Positions 24,575-36,784 of a stretch of DNA of 64,000 nucleotides are shown here, one piece after another. Every line of letters starts with the position of its first letter. The stretch's first letter is position 1. A program made the translations under genes and the position numbers. The notes beneath the pieces are model-generated. The model was not told the DNA's origin and searched no databases. It worked only from the letters and a program-made list of their open reading frames with translations. Source of the DNA: Neoechinorhynchus agilis (lineage: Eukaryota; Animalia; Acanthocephala); assembly GCA_051530055.1 (NCBI GenBank), contig CM121342.1, positions 1,150,797 through 1,214,796 on the forward strand, in the 5' to 3' direction.

Positions 24575-26979
24575 ATACCACCGCTCTGGATCACTCAGCT
24601 GCCGTCCTGATGTAACGGTCGAAAGGACGGATGCAGCGTTCCCTCCCATTGCACAGCCAGACTTTTGTTTTGTAGGAGGAATGACCCTGATCTCGGATCG
24701 CCAGTGATCCGTATCAATCTCCCGGACAATTGCTTGATCAGGTTCAGTGCCGCGATACCAAACGACTCGAGTGTTTCGAAGCCAAATGAAACGAAATGAT
24801 AATTTCGACTCAGGTACCTGTATTTTGTCTTTTTGCGTTCCTCGCGAATTTTATGTTGCTGGCTGCGAATGGCGTCCCAGAGAACGCATTTTATTTCTCG
24901 CCACTGGAATACTTTAACACCTTCAGGTCTACGGTCATCGAGTCGGCAAAGATGACTCGGCTCTAGGATGTTGGGCACATTAGCAGTATTCAGGGCACGA
25001 CTAAGAGCATTGCGTTCATTTCGCCGTGTCGTGAGTACCTGCCGCCTTATTGCCGACAGAAGAGACCATGACGCCCCGGTGGTTCCACGGTGACTCCGCA
25101 ACGGCAGCGATGGGATGTCGGTACCCAAAGTCTCAGGGAATCTGCAATCCTTACGGACTCGTCGGAGAGAAGAATACTCACAGAAGGGCTCGGGATAGCG
25201 TTGAGACAAGCACCTGATTCTCTAGTAGAGACTGCCGCCAATCGAGTTTGCTTCACCAGGTAACGAGAATCTCAAATTAGAGAGTTGTGAATTCTTGCTA
25301 TCAAGGGTGAGTCCCAAACTGATTGTTTGCAAACATTGACTGGTACCTGTTCGCTGCTGCCTGAATATCCATACCAAAGATTAAGCGCCTCCACGAAATC
25401 ATCATCAAAAGTGTAATTCTCGAAAATAACGCATGGAAATATTTTGCGGCTTGCTTCATACGATCCCAAACAAGCTGGCAGAGAAATATCGGCTGCTTTT
25501 CGGATACCTAAACTGCCGGACGACACAGGCAAGGACGCTTGACGCCACGCCTCGTCCGACAGCTTAATATTTGGAATTTTCTCGAGAGAGGCTTTCACCG
25601 TCTAGTCTAATTTTGCCAGCTTATCCTTATGTCTAAAAAGGTGCTGTGCGTAACTTATACAGCAATTTTGGAATGAAGAGGATGTTCTTGATAAGGAACA
25701 GAGCGTCGTTCGAAGATAATTTATTAACTCGTTCGCACAGCGCCGAAAGTTGCGGTTGAAGATCGGCAATCTCTGCTTCAACATTAGAACCAAAAATGCA
25801 GCTACCTAAAAGACTCAACCGGTAGTAGTGATCAATTCTATCCCCGGTGACAGGTTCTAAAAATCTCTTACGATAGTTTACCTGGAAGCCTCATCTTCCA
25901 CGTTCATCACAACAATCTCGCATTTCTCAGCATTCAATTCAATGCCAATTTTCGCCGTCTCCGTCATGAGTGTCTCTAAATCGCGCAGTACAACAGAGGG
26001 GTTATCTCCGAGCGCTTCATCGTCCAAGTACCAGCCGTTATAGCTGGACTGGAGAGAGTGCGCGACGGGATTGACTGCAAGTGAGAAGACTATTGGGTCC
26101 CAAAGAATCCCCTGGGTATTAACGAAATAACGAAATGCTTCTGGTGCGTGATCTCTAACTACTTCGAGCAAATCTGCTCGGTGAACTGTGTTGAGTGCAT
26201 TTTTGAAATCACATTTCAAGATCTCGCACGGCTTTAAGTTTCCGATGATGAACTTGCGGAGTGAATGAACAATCGCCTCTGCGCCACAAGGTGTACAGCT
26301 GTCTAACTGAGTAGGGGAAGCAGCATTCCTACTTTTTCCGCTATCCTTTATCTAAAATTTTTGCGGTTAAGCGGCGCAGTTGTTCCAATTGCAATGCGAC
26401 CAATCCCACCTTCCTTTTTTGAGAGGGCATACAAAGATGCGCTGAAAAATAGTTCAATTGCTTTCGAATCAACTTGGCTCCTGCAAATTGGTCGACTACT
26501 CGTGCCAATGCATCTTCAACAGACTGGGCAGCGTCACCTACCTAAAAAGAAGTCATATCCTTGAAATGTTGAGGTCGCATCTTGTCAAGCCCGTAGAGAG
26601 GAGATTGCCATCAACAATTCTGATTTCGATGATGAAACATAATGGATCGTATCGAAGGACGAGGATACTTCGAAATACTGACGACCGCCATCACTGGGAC
26701 GTTTGGAACGAAGGGTTCGTAAAGTTTCTTCGTTATCTTTGGCGAGACTGCCCATTGATGATAAAAGACGAACTGCTCCTCTGACATCTCCGTCTGCGAG
26801 CTTCGAAGAAATGCGTCCAGCAACTGACCGATTTGAGTTTCGGCGGTGGTCACGCTCCTGGACACACTCCTTACGTAGCTCTCATACTGTCGAAAGGCAT
26901 TGAGTAAAATTTTTGCCAAAAGAACTTATTCGCTCTTTTATTTTTGTGGTCAAAGATCATTCAGAAACATCGCTGCCAG
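24575..26979 (-). mobile_element. CRE-clade retrotransposon, 3' part (interrupted by the HHR array)
   Basis: RPQHFKDM, KCDFKNALN, WYLDDEAL, WRQASLPVSSG, RHGLFC, KYRYLSRNYHFVSFGFETL; many frameshifts. Confidence 0.88.
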
Positions 26980-27421
26980 GTGTGCCGAAGGGTTTTTTGC
27001 GTGAGAAGCGCATCAGGGAAAATCTATGGAGGTTCCGGTTTGTTTGCCTCAAAGTCAGGATAAGAAATACCTGGAACGATCTACAATGTTTGAGGAAGGA
27101 TCTCGATATATGTAAGCAGTATTTGTCAGAAGTGTTGGGAAAGGAGGAATTTTCGCGTGTGATGGATATCGCGCTGGATGCTGGCCAAACTGCGAAGCGA
27201 ACTTCCAAAGATCGAATGAAAGCGAAATATGCCGCGTTATGCGAATCGAAGGTCGATCCGAGCCGACCGAGGAGTCAATCATATCCCGAGGAAACCCGGG
27301 ATCGTGAGGACTCTAGCGGGCATCGGTCGGTCGGTAGGACACTCATTAACCAGAAGGATGAGTTGTCTGCCGTCATTAATCTCATGTGAACCTCCACTCC
27401 ACTTCACTCGCATGGTAGATT

Positions 27422-27460
27422 ACACCCTGAAGAAGCCGTTGGACGGCGAAAGCTAGGTGT
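27422..27460 (+). ncRNA. Minimal type I hammerhead ribozyme (copy 1 of 7; others at 28147-28185, 28870-28908, 29595-29633, 30320-30358, 31045-31083, 31758-31796)
   Basis: ACACC-CTGAAGA-A-GCCGT-tgg-ACGGC-GAAA-GC-TA-GGTGT: stem I ACACC/GGTGT, core CUGANGA and GAAA, stem II GCCGT/ACGGC, palindromic stem III AGCU, CUA cleavage triplet. Confidence 0.88.
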
Positions 27461-30419
27461 TTCAATAAAATCTCTCTCTTTCAGTCGGATTGTCAATCAA
27501 ACAATCATCAATAGATAAAACATGCGGCTGAACAACCAAGCAGCGCTTAGTAATCTTATCGACATGCGGATGGACAGTCGATCTTCGCTGCTGCTAAGAA
27601 TTACATTGCGATGTTGGAGCGTCTGAAGGGTCACGAACAACGGATTCAGTTCCTCACAAGGTGCCTCCGAAATAAAATACTCCCTGCATTCCTCGATGGT
27701 GTCCGTGTGCCGAAGGAGTTTTTTTGCGTGAGAAGCGCATCAGGGAAAATCTATGGAGGTTCGGTTTGTTTGCCTCCAAAGCCAGGATAAAAATGCCGCA
27801 GACGATCTACAATGTTTGAGGAAGGATCTCGATATATGTAAGCAGTATTTGTCAGAAGTGTTGGGAAAGGAGGAATTTTCGCGTGTGATGGATATCGCGC
27901 TGGATGCTGGCCAAACTGCGAAGCAAACTTCCAAAGATCGAATGAAAGCGAAATATGCCGCGTTATGCGAATCGAAGGTCGATCCGAGCCGACCGAGGAG
28001 TCAATCATATCCCGAGAAACCCGGGATCGTGAGGACTCTAGCGGGCATCGGTCGGTCGGTAGGACACTCATTAACCAGAAGGATGAGTTGTCTGCCGTCA
28101 TTAATCTCATGTGAACCTCCACTCCACTTCACTCGCATGGTAGATTACACCCTGAAGAAGCCGTTGGACGGCGAAAGCTAGGTGTTTCATTAAAATCTCT
28201 CTCTTTCAGTCGGATTGTCTATCAAACAATCATCAATAGGTGAAACATGCGGCTGAACAACTAAGCAGCGCTTAGTAATCTTATCGACATGCAGATGGAC
28301 AGTCCGATCTTCGCTGCTGCCAAGAATTACATTGCGATGTTGGAGCGTCTTAAGGGTCACGAACAACGGATTCATTTCCTCACAAGGTGCCTCCGAAATA
28401 AAATACTCCCTGCATTCCTCGATGGTGTCCATGTGCCGAAGGGTTTTGCGTGAGAAGCGCATCGGGAAAATCTATGGAGGGTTCCGGTTTGTTTGCCTCA
28501 AAGTCAGGATAAGAAATACCTGGAACGATCTACAATGTTTGAGGAAGGATCTCGATATATGTTAGCAGTATTTGTCAGAAGTGTTGGGAAAGGAGGAATT
28601 TTCGCGTGTGATGGATATCGCGCTAGATGCTGGCCAAACTGCGAAGCGAACTTCCAAAGATCGAATGAAAGCGAAATATGCCGCGTTATGCGAATCGAAG
28701 GTCGATCCGAGCCGACCGAGGAGTCAATCATATCCCGAGAAACCCGGGATCGTGAGGACTCTAGCGGGCATCGGTCAGTCGGTAGGACACTCATTAACCA
28801 GAAGGATGAGTTGTCTGCCGTCATTAATCTCATGTGAACCTCCACTCCACTTCACTCGCATGGTAGATTACACCCTGAAGAAGCCGTTGGACGGCGAAAG
28901 CTAGGTGTTTCAATAAAATCTCTCTCTTTCAGTCGGATTGTCAATCAAACAATCATCAATAGATAAAACATGCGGCTGAACAACCAAGCAGCGCTTAGTA
29001 ATCTTATCGACATGCGGATGGACAGTCCGATCTTCGCTGCTGCTAAGAATTACATTGCGATGTTGGAGCGTCTGAAGGGTCACGAACAACGGATTCAGTT
29101 CCTCACAAGGTGCCTCCGAAATAAAATACTCCCTGCATTCCTCGATGGTGTCCGTGTGCCGAAGGGTTTTTTGCGCGAGAAGCGCATCAGGGAAAATCTA
29201 TGGAGGTTCCGGTTTGTTTGCCTCAAAGCCAGGATAAGAAATACCTGGAACGATCTACAATGTTTGAGGAAGGATCTCGATATATGTAAGCAGTATTTGT
29301 CAGAAGTGTTGGGAAAGGAATAATTTTCGCGTGTGATGGATATCGCGCTGGATGCTGGCCAAACTGCGAAGCGAACTTCCAAAGATCGAATGAAAGCGAA
29401 ATATGCCGCGTTATGCGAATCGAAGGTCGATCCGAGCCGACCGAGGAGTCAATCATATCCCGAGAGACCCGGGATCGTGAGGACTCTAGCGGGCATCGGT
29501 CGGTCGGTAGGACACTCATTAACCAGAAGGATGAGTTGTCTGCCGTCATGAATCTCATGTGAACCTCCACTCCACTTCACTCGCATTGTAGATTACACCC
29601 TGAAGAAGCCGTTTTACGGCGAAAGCTAGGTGTTTCAATAAAATCTCTCTCTTTCAGTCGGATTGTCAATCAAACAATCATCAATAGATAAAACGTGCGG
29701 TTGAACAACCAAGCAGCGCTTAGTAATCTTATCGACATGCGGATGGACAGTCCGATCTTCGCTGCTGCCAAGAATTACATTGCGATGTTGGAGCGTCTTA
29801 AGGGTCACGAACAACGGATTCATTTCCTCACAAGGTGCCTCCGAAATAAAATACTCCCTGCATTCCTCGATGGTGTCCGTGTGCCGAAGGGTTTTTTGCG
29901 CGAGAAGCGCATCAGGGAAAATCTATGGAGGTTCCGGTTTGTTTGCCTCAAAGTCAGGATAAGAAATACCTGGAACGATCTACAATGTTTGAGGAAGGAT
30001 CTCGATATATGTAAGCAGTATTTGTCAGAAGTGTTGGGAAAGGAATAATTTTCGCGTGTGATGGATATCGCGCTGGATGCTGGCCAAACTGCGAAGCGAA
30101 CTTCCAAAGATCGAATGAAAGCGAAATATGCCGCGTTATGCGAATCGAAGGTCGATCCGAGCCGACCGAGGAGTCAATCATATCCCGAGAGACCCGGGAT
30201 CGTGAGGACTCTAGCGGGCATCGGTCGGTCGGTAGGACACTCATTAACCAGAATGATGAGGTGTCTGCCGTCATGAATCTCATGTGAACCTCCACTCCAC
30301 TTCACTCGCATTGTAGATTACACCCTGAAGAAGCCGTTGGACGGCGAAAGCTAGGTGTTTCAATAAAATCTCTCTCTTTCAGTCGGATTGTCAATCAAAC
30401 AATCATCAATAGATAAAAC

Positions 30420-31001
30420 ATGCGGCTGAACAACCAAGCAGCGCTTGGTAATCTTATCGACATGCGGATGGACAGTCCGATCTTCGCTGCTGCTAAGAAT
30501 TACATTGCGATGTTGGAGCGTCTGAAGGGTCACGAACAACGGATTCAGTTCCTCACAAGGTGCCTCCGAAATAAAATACTCCCTGCATTCCTCGATGGTG
30601 TGCGTGTGCCGAAGGGTTTTTTGCGTGAGAAGCGCATCAGGGAAAATCTATGGAGGTTCCGGTTTGTTTGCCTCAAAGCCAGGATAAGAAATACCTGGAA
30701 CGATCTACAATGTTTGAGGAAGGATCTCGATATATGTAAGCAGTATTTGTCAGAAGTGTTGGGAAAGGAGGAATTTTCGCGTGTGATGGATATCGCGCTG
30801 GATGCTGGCCAAACTGCGAAGCGAACTTCCAAAGATCGAATGAAAGCGAAATATGCCGCGTTATGCGAATCGAAGGTCGATCCGAGCCGACCGAGGAGTC
30901 AATCATATCCCGAGAGACCCGGGATCGTGAGGACTCTAGCGGGCATCGGTCGGTCGGTAGGACACTTATTAACCAGAATGATGAGGTGTCTGCCGTCATG
31001 A
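30420..31001 (+). CDS. Penelope-like retroelement N-terminal domain ORF (193 aa; only fully intact copy of the repeat ORF)
   Basis: HEQRIQFLTRCLRNKILPAFL resembles the PLE H..FL.RC....I.P motif; unit 1 reads on to ..SAVINLM (VINLS-like); no RT or GIY-YIG motifs. Confidence 0.6.
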   Translation: MRLNNQAALGNLIDMRMDSPIFAAAKNYIAMLERLKGHEQRIQFLTRCLRNKILPAFLDGVRVPKGFLREKRIRENLWRFRFVCLKARIRNTWNDLQCLRKDLDICKQYLSEVLGKEEFSRVMDIALDAGQTAKRTSKDRMKAKYAALCESKVDPSRPRSQSYPERPGIVRTLAGIGRSVGHLLTRMMRCLPS

Positions 31002-31853
31002 ATCTCATGTGAACCTCCACTCCACTTCACTCGCATTGTAGATTACACCCTGAAGAAGCCGTTGGACGGCGAAAGCTAGGTGTTTCAATAAAATCTCTCT
31101 CTTTCAGTCGGATTGTGAATCAAACAATCATCAATAGATAAAACATGCGGCTGAACAACCAAGCAGCGCTTAGTAATCTTATCGACATGCGGATGGACAG
31201 TCCGATCTTCGCTGCTGCTAAGAATTACATTGCGATGTTGGAGCGTCTGAAGGGTCACGAACAACGGATTCAGTTCCTCACAAGGTGCCTCCGAAATAAA
31301 ATACTCCCTGCATTCCTCGATGGTGTCCGTGTGCCGAAGGGTTTTTGCGTGAGAAGCGCATCAGGGAAAATCTATGGAGGTTCGGTTGTTTTGCCTCAAA
31401 GCCAAGGATAAGCTGGAACGATCTACAATGTTTGGGGAAGGATCTCGATATATGTAAGCAGTATTTGTCAGAAGTGTTGGGAAAGGAGGAATTTTCGCGT
31501 GTGATGGATATCGCGCTGGATGCTGGCCAAACTGCGAAGCGAACTTCCAAAGATCGAATGAAAGCGAAATATGCCGCGTTATGCGAATCGAAAGTCGATC
31601 CGAGCCGACCGAGGAGTCAATCATATCCCGAGAGACCCGGGATCGTGAGGACTCTAGCGGGCATCGGTCGGTCGGTAGGACACTCATTAACCAGAAGGAT
31701 GAGTTGTCTGCCGTCATGAATCTCATGTGAACTTCCACTTCACTCGCATTGTAGATTACACCCTGAAGAAGCCGTTGGACGGCGAAAGCTAGGTGTTTCA
31801 ATAAAATCTCTCTCTTTCAGTCGGATTGTCAATCAAACAATCATCAATAGATA

Positions 31854-32230
31854 CTCAGAGTTAGTCTCGATAGTCTCTTTGCGGCCTGATATAGCGCGCC
31901 CCTTGGGATTATTTTCCTCGCACAATATCCCTACAAATAGAATTTTATTTTGTACTGGTGATGTCGTGAGAGGATTTTGGCGCACACAATCAATGGACTT
32001 AGGGAGTGAACCGGAACCGCCGCAGCGTGAATTACGGGGTTCATGGACCCTAAGAACTCCTGTTTTCGTCAGGAAGACTTGATGAAGTTGAAACAATCAC
32101 ATTGACGTTGTTCTCTTCACTTGGCTCGTTTTGGGCGGCCAAGTTTTCGTTTTCATATTGTGGTCTAGCATCCAGGTTCCGAGCGAATCGGTGGTGGAGA
32201 CATCGGTGTCGTCGTTGGTGGAGGCCGTTA
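31854..32230 (-). mobile_element. 5' part of the interrupted CRE element (N-terminal zinc-finger region)
   Basis: QCDC..(frameshift)..LTKTGVLRVHEPRNSRCGGSG fits the CRE-type C..C...G..R.HGP...C.GS motif; same strand as 24575-26979. Confidence 0.6.
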
Positions 32231-32547
32231 TGCGCTTATTTCAATCTCCTAAATATTTTACAGTTGTATTAGGATTTTAAGAGTATAAATTTATATCATC
32301 GTTGCGCGCAATCTTGATCATTGTTTGACAAATGCTTGGTCGTTACGCTAAAAATCATTGATATTGTGTTGTTTGGTGATTATAAAAATAGAGACTGTTT
32401 TATTGATCTCAATATTTCGTACGTCTCGTCGGACTTCTTTAGGTTGCTTGTAAGTTTTTAAATATGATAGGAAATCAATAAATCAGTCTCGATTTTTTAT
32501 AATCACAAAAGAAAACATATAAATGAATAACTTCTTTACAGAAAGTT

Positions 32548-32825
32548 GGCTCAGCCGGTTACAATTGTCCCGGAACCGGGCAAAAGTGGAGAACTTTATA
32601 CACCCGTAGTAATGCCAACGTGGTCCAGTGGACGAAATACTGAAGGGAGGAGGAAACTCATTGATGAATCCCGCCTCATCGGGAGGTATCTGAGGATCCG
32701 GACGGAGATGTACAAACCCATTACCGTACGGTCTTGGGTATTTAGCACAGACCAGCGCTTTCCCAGACCAAAATCGGTGGCTATGTGTCCAAAGTCAGCC
32801 GTGTATGGATACCTTAATTTACACA
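32548..32825 (+). mobile_element. Third copy of the TIR/tRNA-like short element, with an internal deletion between ggac direct repeats
   Basis: Starts ggctcagccggttacaattgtcc (reverse complement of 5186-5208); core shared with 4690-5208; lone terminus also at 53617-53630. Confidence 0.65.
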
Positions 32826-33128
32826 GTTCACTTTGTGTAATCTACAAATACGAAAACCTTAGCTACGCATGAAGAAAAAAAGGTAATTGTCTTCCATTTC
32901 GATTTAGAAATAAAGCGAATGCTGGTGGACATATCGTGACACTTCAGTCGCAACGTCCTTAGTAGCTACATAAATTTGATGCACAACTATGTGACTGATC
33001 ATCAGATAGAAAGATCAATGCATTCAATAGACTCCAAAGAGGCACAATTTTAGAATATTAGGAGATATTCTCAAACTAACGAAAACCTAAAGATTCTTTA
33101 TAAGGAAAACAACAACAATACATAACGA

Positions 33129-33377
33129 TTATACAAACTGATCATCTTTTAAACTGGCCAGCGAGTTAAACTGACCGCCTGTCCAAAATGTGTGACTTTC
33201 GCTTTTAGAACTGATAAGACTTACACTTTCAGCATTGAACCATTTTTTAAGCACTATCAAGCGACCAAAGAACGGTCGTCTTATTTGATGCCGGTAAAGT
33301 ATAAACAAAAGAAGGAACGTCTGAATAATGATAACTCCGAATTCGATCGCTATTATCGTGATTGAGCTCGCTTGCAT
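33129..33377 (-). CDS. Possible terminal exon of a single-pass membrane protein
   Basis: TM-like IIAIEFGVIIIQTFLLLFILY followed by basic RHQIRR; upstream exons not resolved. Confidence 0.25.
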   Translation of the reverse strand: MQASSITIIAIEFGVIIIQTFLLLFILYRHQIRRPFFGRLIVLKKWFNAESVSLISSKSESHTFWTGGQFNSLASLKDDQFV

Positions 33378-34214
33378 TACTTCCAGTAAGGCCGAGTATT
33401 TGACTCGCGATGGTAGTGTTCAATGTGATTTCGTGTTCCACGATGGAAGTAGTTATAGTTACGTTGGATAAATGTAATGGCTGCGTGACTCTGAGCTAAT
33501 AAAATCGATTGCGAAATCACGTTATATGGTTTGATATACTGTAATTTAAGTCACTTTTGAACGCCCGAGAGGAGCGATCGCGTTAAAGACGAACTTATAT
33601 ATTTTGACTGATTGAATCAGTCATTTTTTTAATTGAATCTAAAAAATTTCATAGGAATTTGCCACAAAGAAAACAAATGATTGTTTTCGTATCGACTCTG
33701 GAACCAGAGATCGTCAACCCCGCAGGCGAAGACTAGCCGCCCTGGGTGCATTTAGGCCAACTGCACGTAATTCGAGGTAAACGTTTGTGGTCTTGAGTTA
33801 AAATTTTGAAGCGCTGATGAAGTACAATTAAATCGAAAACGCCGGAGAATGATGGCTGAATTAACTGAAAATTATTCTTGTTCAGGCGAAAAAGGAGATG
33901 GCGGGTCATAGCGAACTGGTTGAATTCGATTTTGTCGTCGTGGATGGCTTCAACTACCGCCTCCTTTGTTTTTTGTGAGTAACCGATTTTGAAAGATCAT
34001 TCGTAGTTTTACATTGCGAACATTGATTCCCTATTCAAGGATGGTTTCTTAAGAATAATGCTGCATTCGCCTCTTCACCTCTAAAGTTAGGTAACTTAAT
34101 CAAATTGTTTCCTGGGAATTAGAGAAGCTTTCTGAAACCTCCGAACCATGTAAATCAGGCATTCGGAATGAATTCTGCATTTTGAAAACTATAAATGTAT
34201 TCAATCAATCTTCA

Positions 34215-36540
34215 TCTCTCGACAATTAACACACTCACCACCTCCCGCCGAATTCCAGCTTTTGTCCTTTATCGACCGTCGCCATCACGCTGGCAGCATT
34301 GCCTCATTGTACTGCCAGCGAGATATTTTGTCGAAGGAATACGCCTGTTCTTGAGTCTCCGGTTGCCTCTCTCAAATTCTTCGAGAGATCCTGGAGCAGA
34401 GAGAGTGCCGAGCTGCCGAGCGCTCCATACGTCTCTACCCCAAAGGGGACAAAATAGTGAGCCCTCGATAAGTGAAGATATTTCCGTATTTTCCTCCCTT
34501 CCGCTGCACTGGCGGCACCACCGGCGATTTCGAGGGAGTAGGGGATATTGCTGGCTGCGAGGGTATCCACACACGTGGCGTCCCAGAGACTTCGAGACTG
34601 GTAGGCTCCCCTCAAACGATCCAAGAAAGGCCGGCAAAGCAAGGTCGACTAGTGCCCGAATTCCCAATCCCCCAGATGACACAGGCAAAGAAGCTTGTCG
34701 CCACGCCTCATCTGAGAGCTGGACATTTAAAATACGCTCGAGACAAGCCCTCACCTTGCCGTCGAGCTTAGCCAATCCTTCCTTGTGTTTGAAAAATGTT
34801 GCTGTGCGAACCTTGTACAATAACTTGGGGATGAAGAGCGCGTTCTTTATGAGAAACAAGGCTTCATGAGCCGAGAGAGAGCACACCCCATCGCACAGCA
34901 ACGGAAGTTTCGGTATGATATGGCCGATCTCATCTTCCACATTTGAATCGAAGACGCAACTGCCCAGGAGGCTGAGTTGTTCTCGAGTCACGAGTTTCAG
35001 GCCTGGAGCTACGGCTTCGAACCCAACCATTACTTCTTTGACTTTGGCGGCGTCTCCAATATTCAGTACAAGGAGCTCACATTTTCCAGCATTAAGTTCA
35101 ATGCCCATCTTCGAGGTCTCCCTAATCAGCGTCTCCAGATCGCGCGGTACAACGGAGGGATCACCTCCGAGCGTAGCGTCATCCAAGTACCAAGCGTTGA
35201 AGGTGGAATGGAGAGAATGTGCTATTGGATTTACTGTTAGGGAGAATGCGATTGGACCGAGGGGATCTCCTTGCTGCACTCCTCTTTCGGACCAAATGAG
35301 GTGGTCTTCGAAAAGCAAAGGAATCGCCGTCCCGTAAGCATTGAGAAAATACTGGAAGGCTTCTAGGGCAGCGGAACATGCTTTCTCTATTGAGAGAGTT
35401 AAAGGCGTTCCGAAAATCGCACTTAAGAATCACGCACGGCTCTAAGCTTCTCGTAGCAAAGTTTCGGAGCGCGTGGACCATAGCTTCCGCCCCGCAGGAT
35501 GTGCAGCAGCCCAGTTGGACTGGATGAAGTTGCTGTCCGGTTTTCTCTGTAATACGTTTGCAGAGAATTTTTCCTGTGAGTCGGCGTATCGCCGAAGATA
35601 CGGCGATGGGACGGATCCCACCTTCTTTTTTTGTGAGCGCACACAATGAGGCTCCGAAAAATAGGTCCTTTGCAACGGGGTTCAGGTCCTCTCCAGTTAG
35701 GCGGTCGACTATTCGAGAAAGCCCATTTCCTAGAGAGAGCTGCTTCACCAGTTGAAAAGGACATCATGTCCTTTAGGTGCTGAGGCCTTAGTCCGTCAAG
35801 CCCGTGACCCGAACCATTTGCAAAAGTTGAGATGGCCTTTTTTATCTCTGAAATTTGAGTGGGCGTCCTGTCTTGTATGGGAGGAGATGGAATTTCAAAA
35901 CTTCCGCTACTACATGAGTGCTTCGACCGAAGTATTTGTAGCGTCTCGCTGTCTCCTTTTGCGAAACTGTCGGAGGATGACAATAACCGAACAGCCCCCC
36001 GAACATCCACGTCCGCAAGATTCGAAGAGACACGCTAAGTCAGTGATCGTTTTGAAAAACGGCAGCGAAACTCTTCCTTCGTGCGTCCCTTACGAACCTG
36101 ATTTGTTGATGTCAAAGACACCCCAGTATCACCGCTGGTGCAGAGGACTAAGCGCGGGAAAGCGAAGAGCCGTGTCCATGATGGCGCACAGTTCGCTTGC
36201 AGGCAATCGTTGACCAATCCCGTAAATCGCGCGCCTTTAGGGATCCGTTTCAGGACGTTCCTGGGCAGAAACCGCACGATATCAGGTATCGAAATAGAAT
36301 CAGTGGTGATCTGAGGGGTCTCAGGCACAAAAAGGTTCGGTTAATTGTGGTGGAGAACCATACCCACTACAGCGGAGATCCCGGGGACCATGGACAAACA
36401 CAAACCCCCAGATTAGTTAATTTAAAAGACTTACCGCAAACCGGACACAAACCAGTAGAGACGCGTGGGAGCCCGGCAGCGTTGGTCTTCTCAGGTTGAA
36501 CGTGATCGATAAGTGGCGCGTTCAAATAATCTGCGTCACC
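34215..36540 (-). mobile_element. Near full-length but decayed CRE-clade retrotransposon
   Basis: CPVCGK zinc finger, VLKRIPKGAR, GLDGLRPQHLKDM, GIRPIAV, KCDFRNAFN, GVQQGDPLGP, WYLDDATLGG, LWDATCVDT, YFVPFGVETYGALG. Confidence 0.92.
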
Positions 36541-36784
36541 ACTTAAATGAAAAACCTTAATTTTGCAGATTTAACAATATAAACGGATTCAAACTTCTGC
36601 CGATTTGTACCAAGTTTCCTCGTGCGTGATTTTTCGCGTTACTTTTTTAAACCATTTAATCGAATAATTTGAAAGTCTTAGGATTATAGAATATTGTCTC
36701 AGTAATGAAATCGATTGTAACTTATTGTAAACGCTACCTTAATTCTAAAACAATTGTGAACTAATTTCCATATTAAATTTTTTT

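Larger units (their letters stand above)
26980..31853 (+). repeat. Tandem array of ~6.7 units of ~725 bp: PLE-derived, each with a hammerhead ribozyme and an N-terminal-domain ORF
   Basis: HHR motif recurs at 27422, 28147, 28870, 29595, 30320, 31045 and 31758 (spacing 725/723/725/725/725/713); units are nearly identical. Confidence 0.97.

Noticed and set aside
26957-31801. Repeated minus-strand ORFs (MEVRFAVW.., MEVHMR..) in the tandem array
   Set aside because: Antisense to the PLE-like frame; the ribozyme and poly(A) signal define the plus strand as sense.
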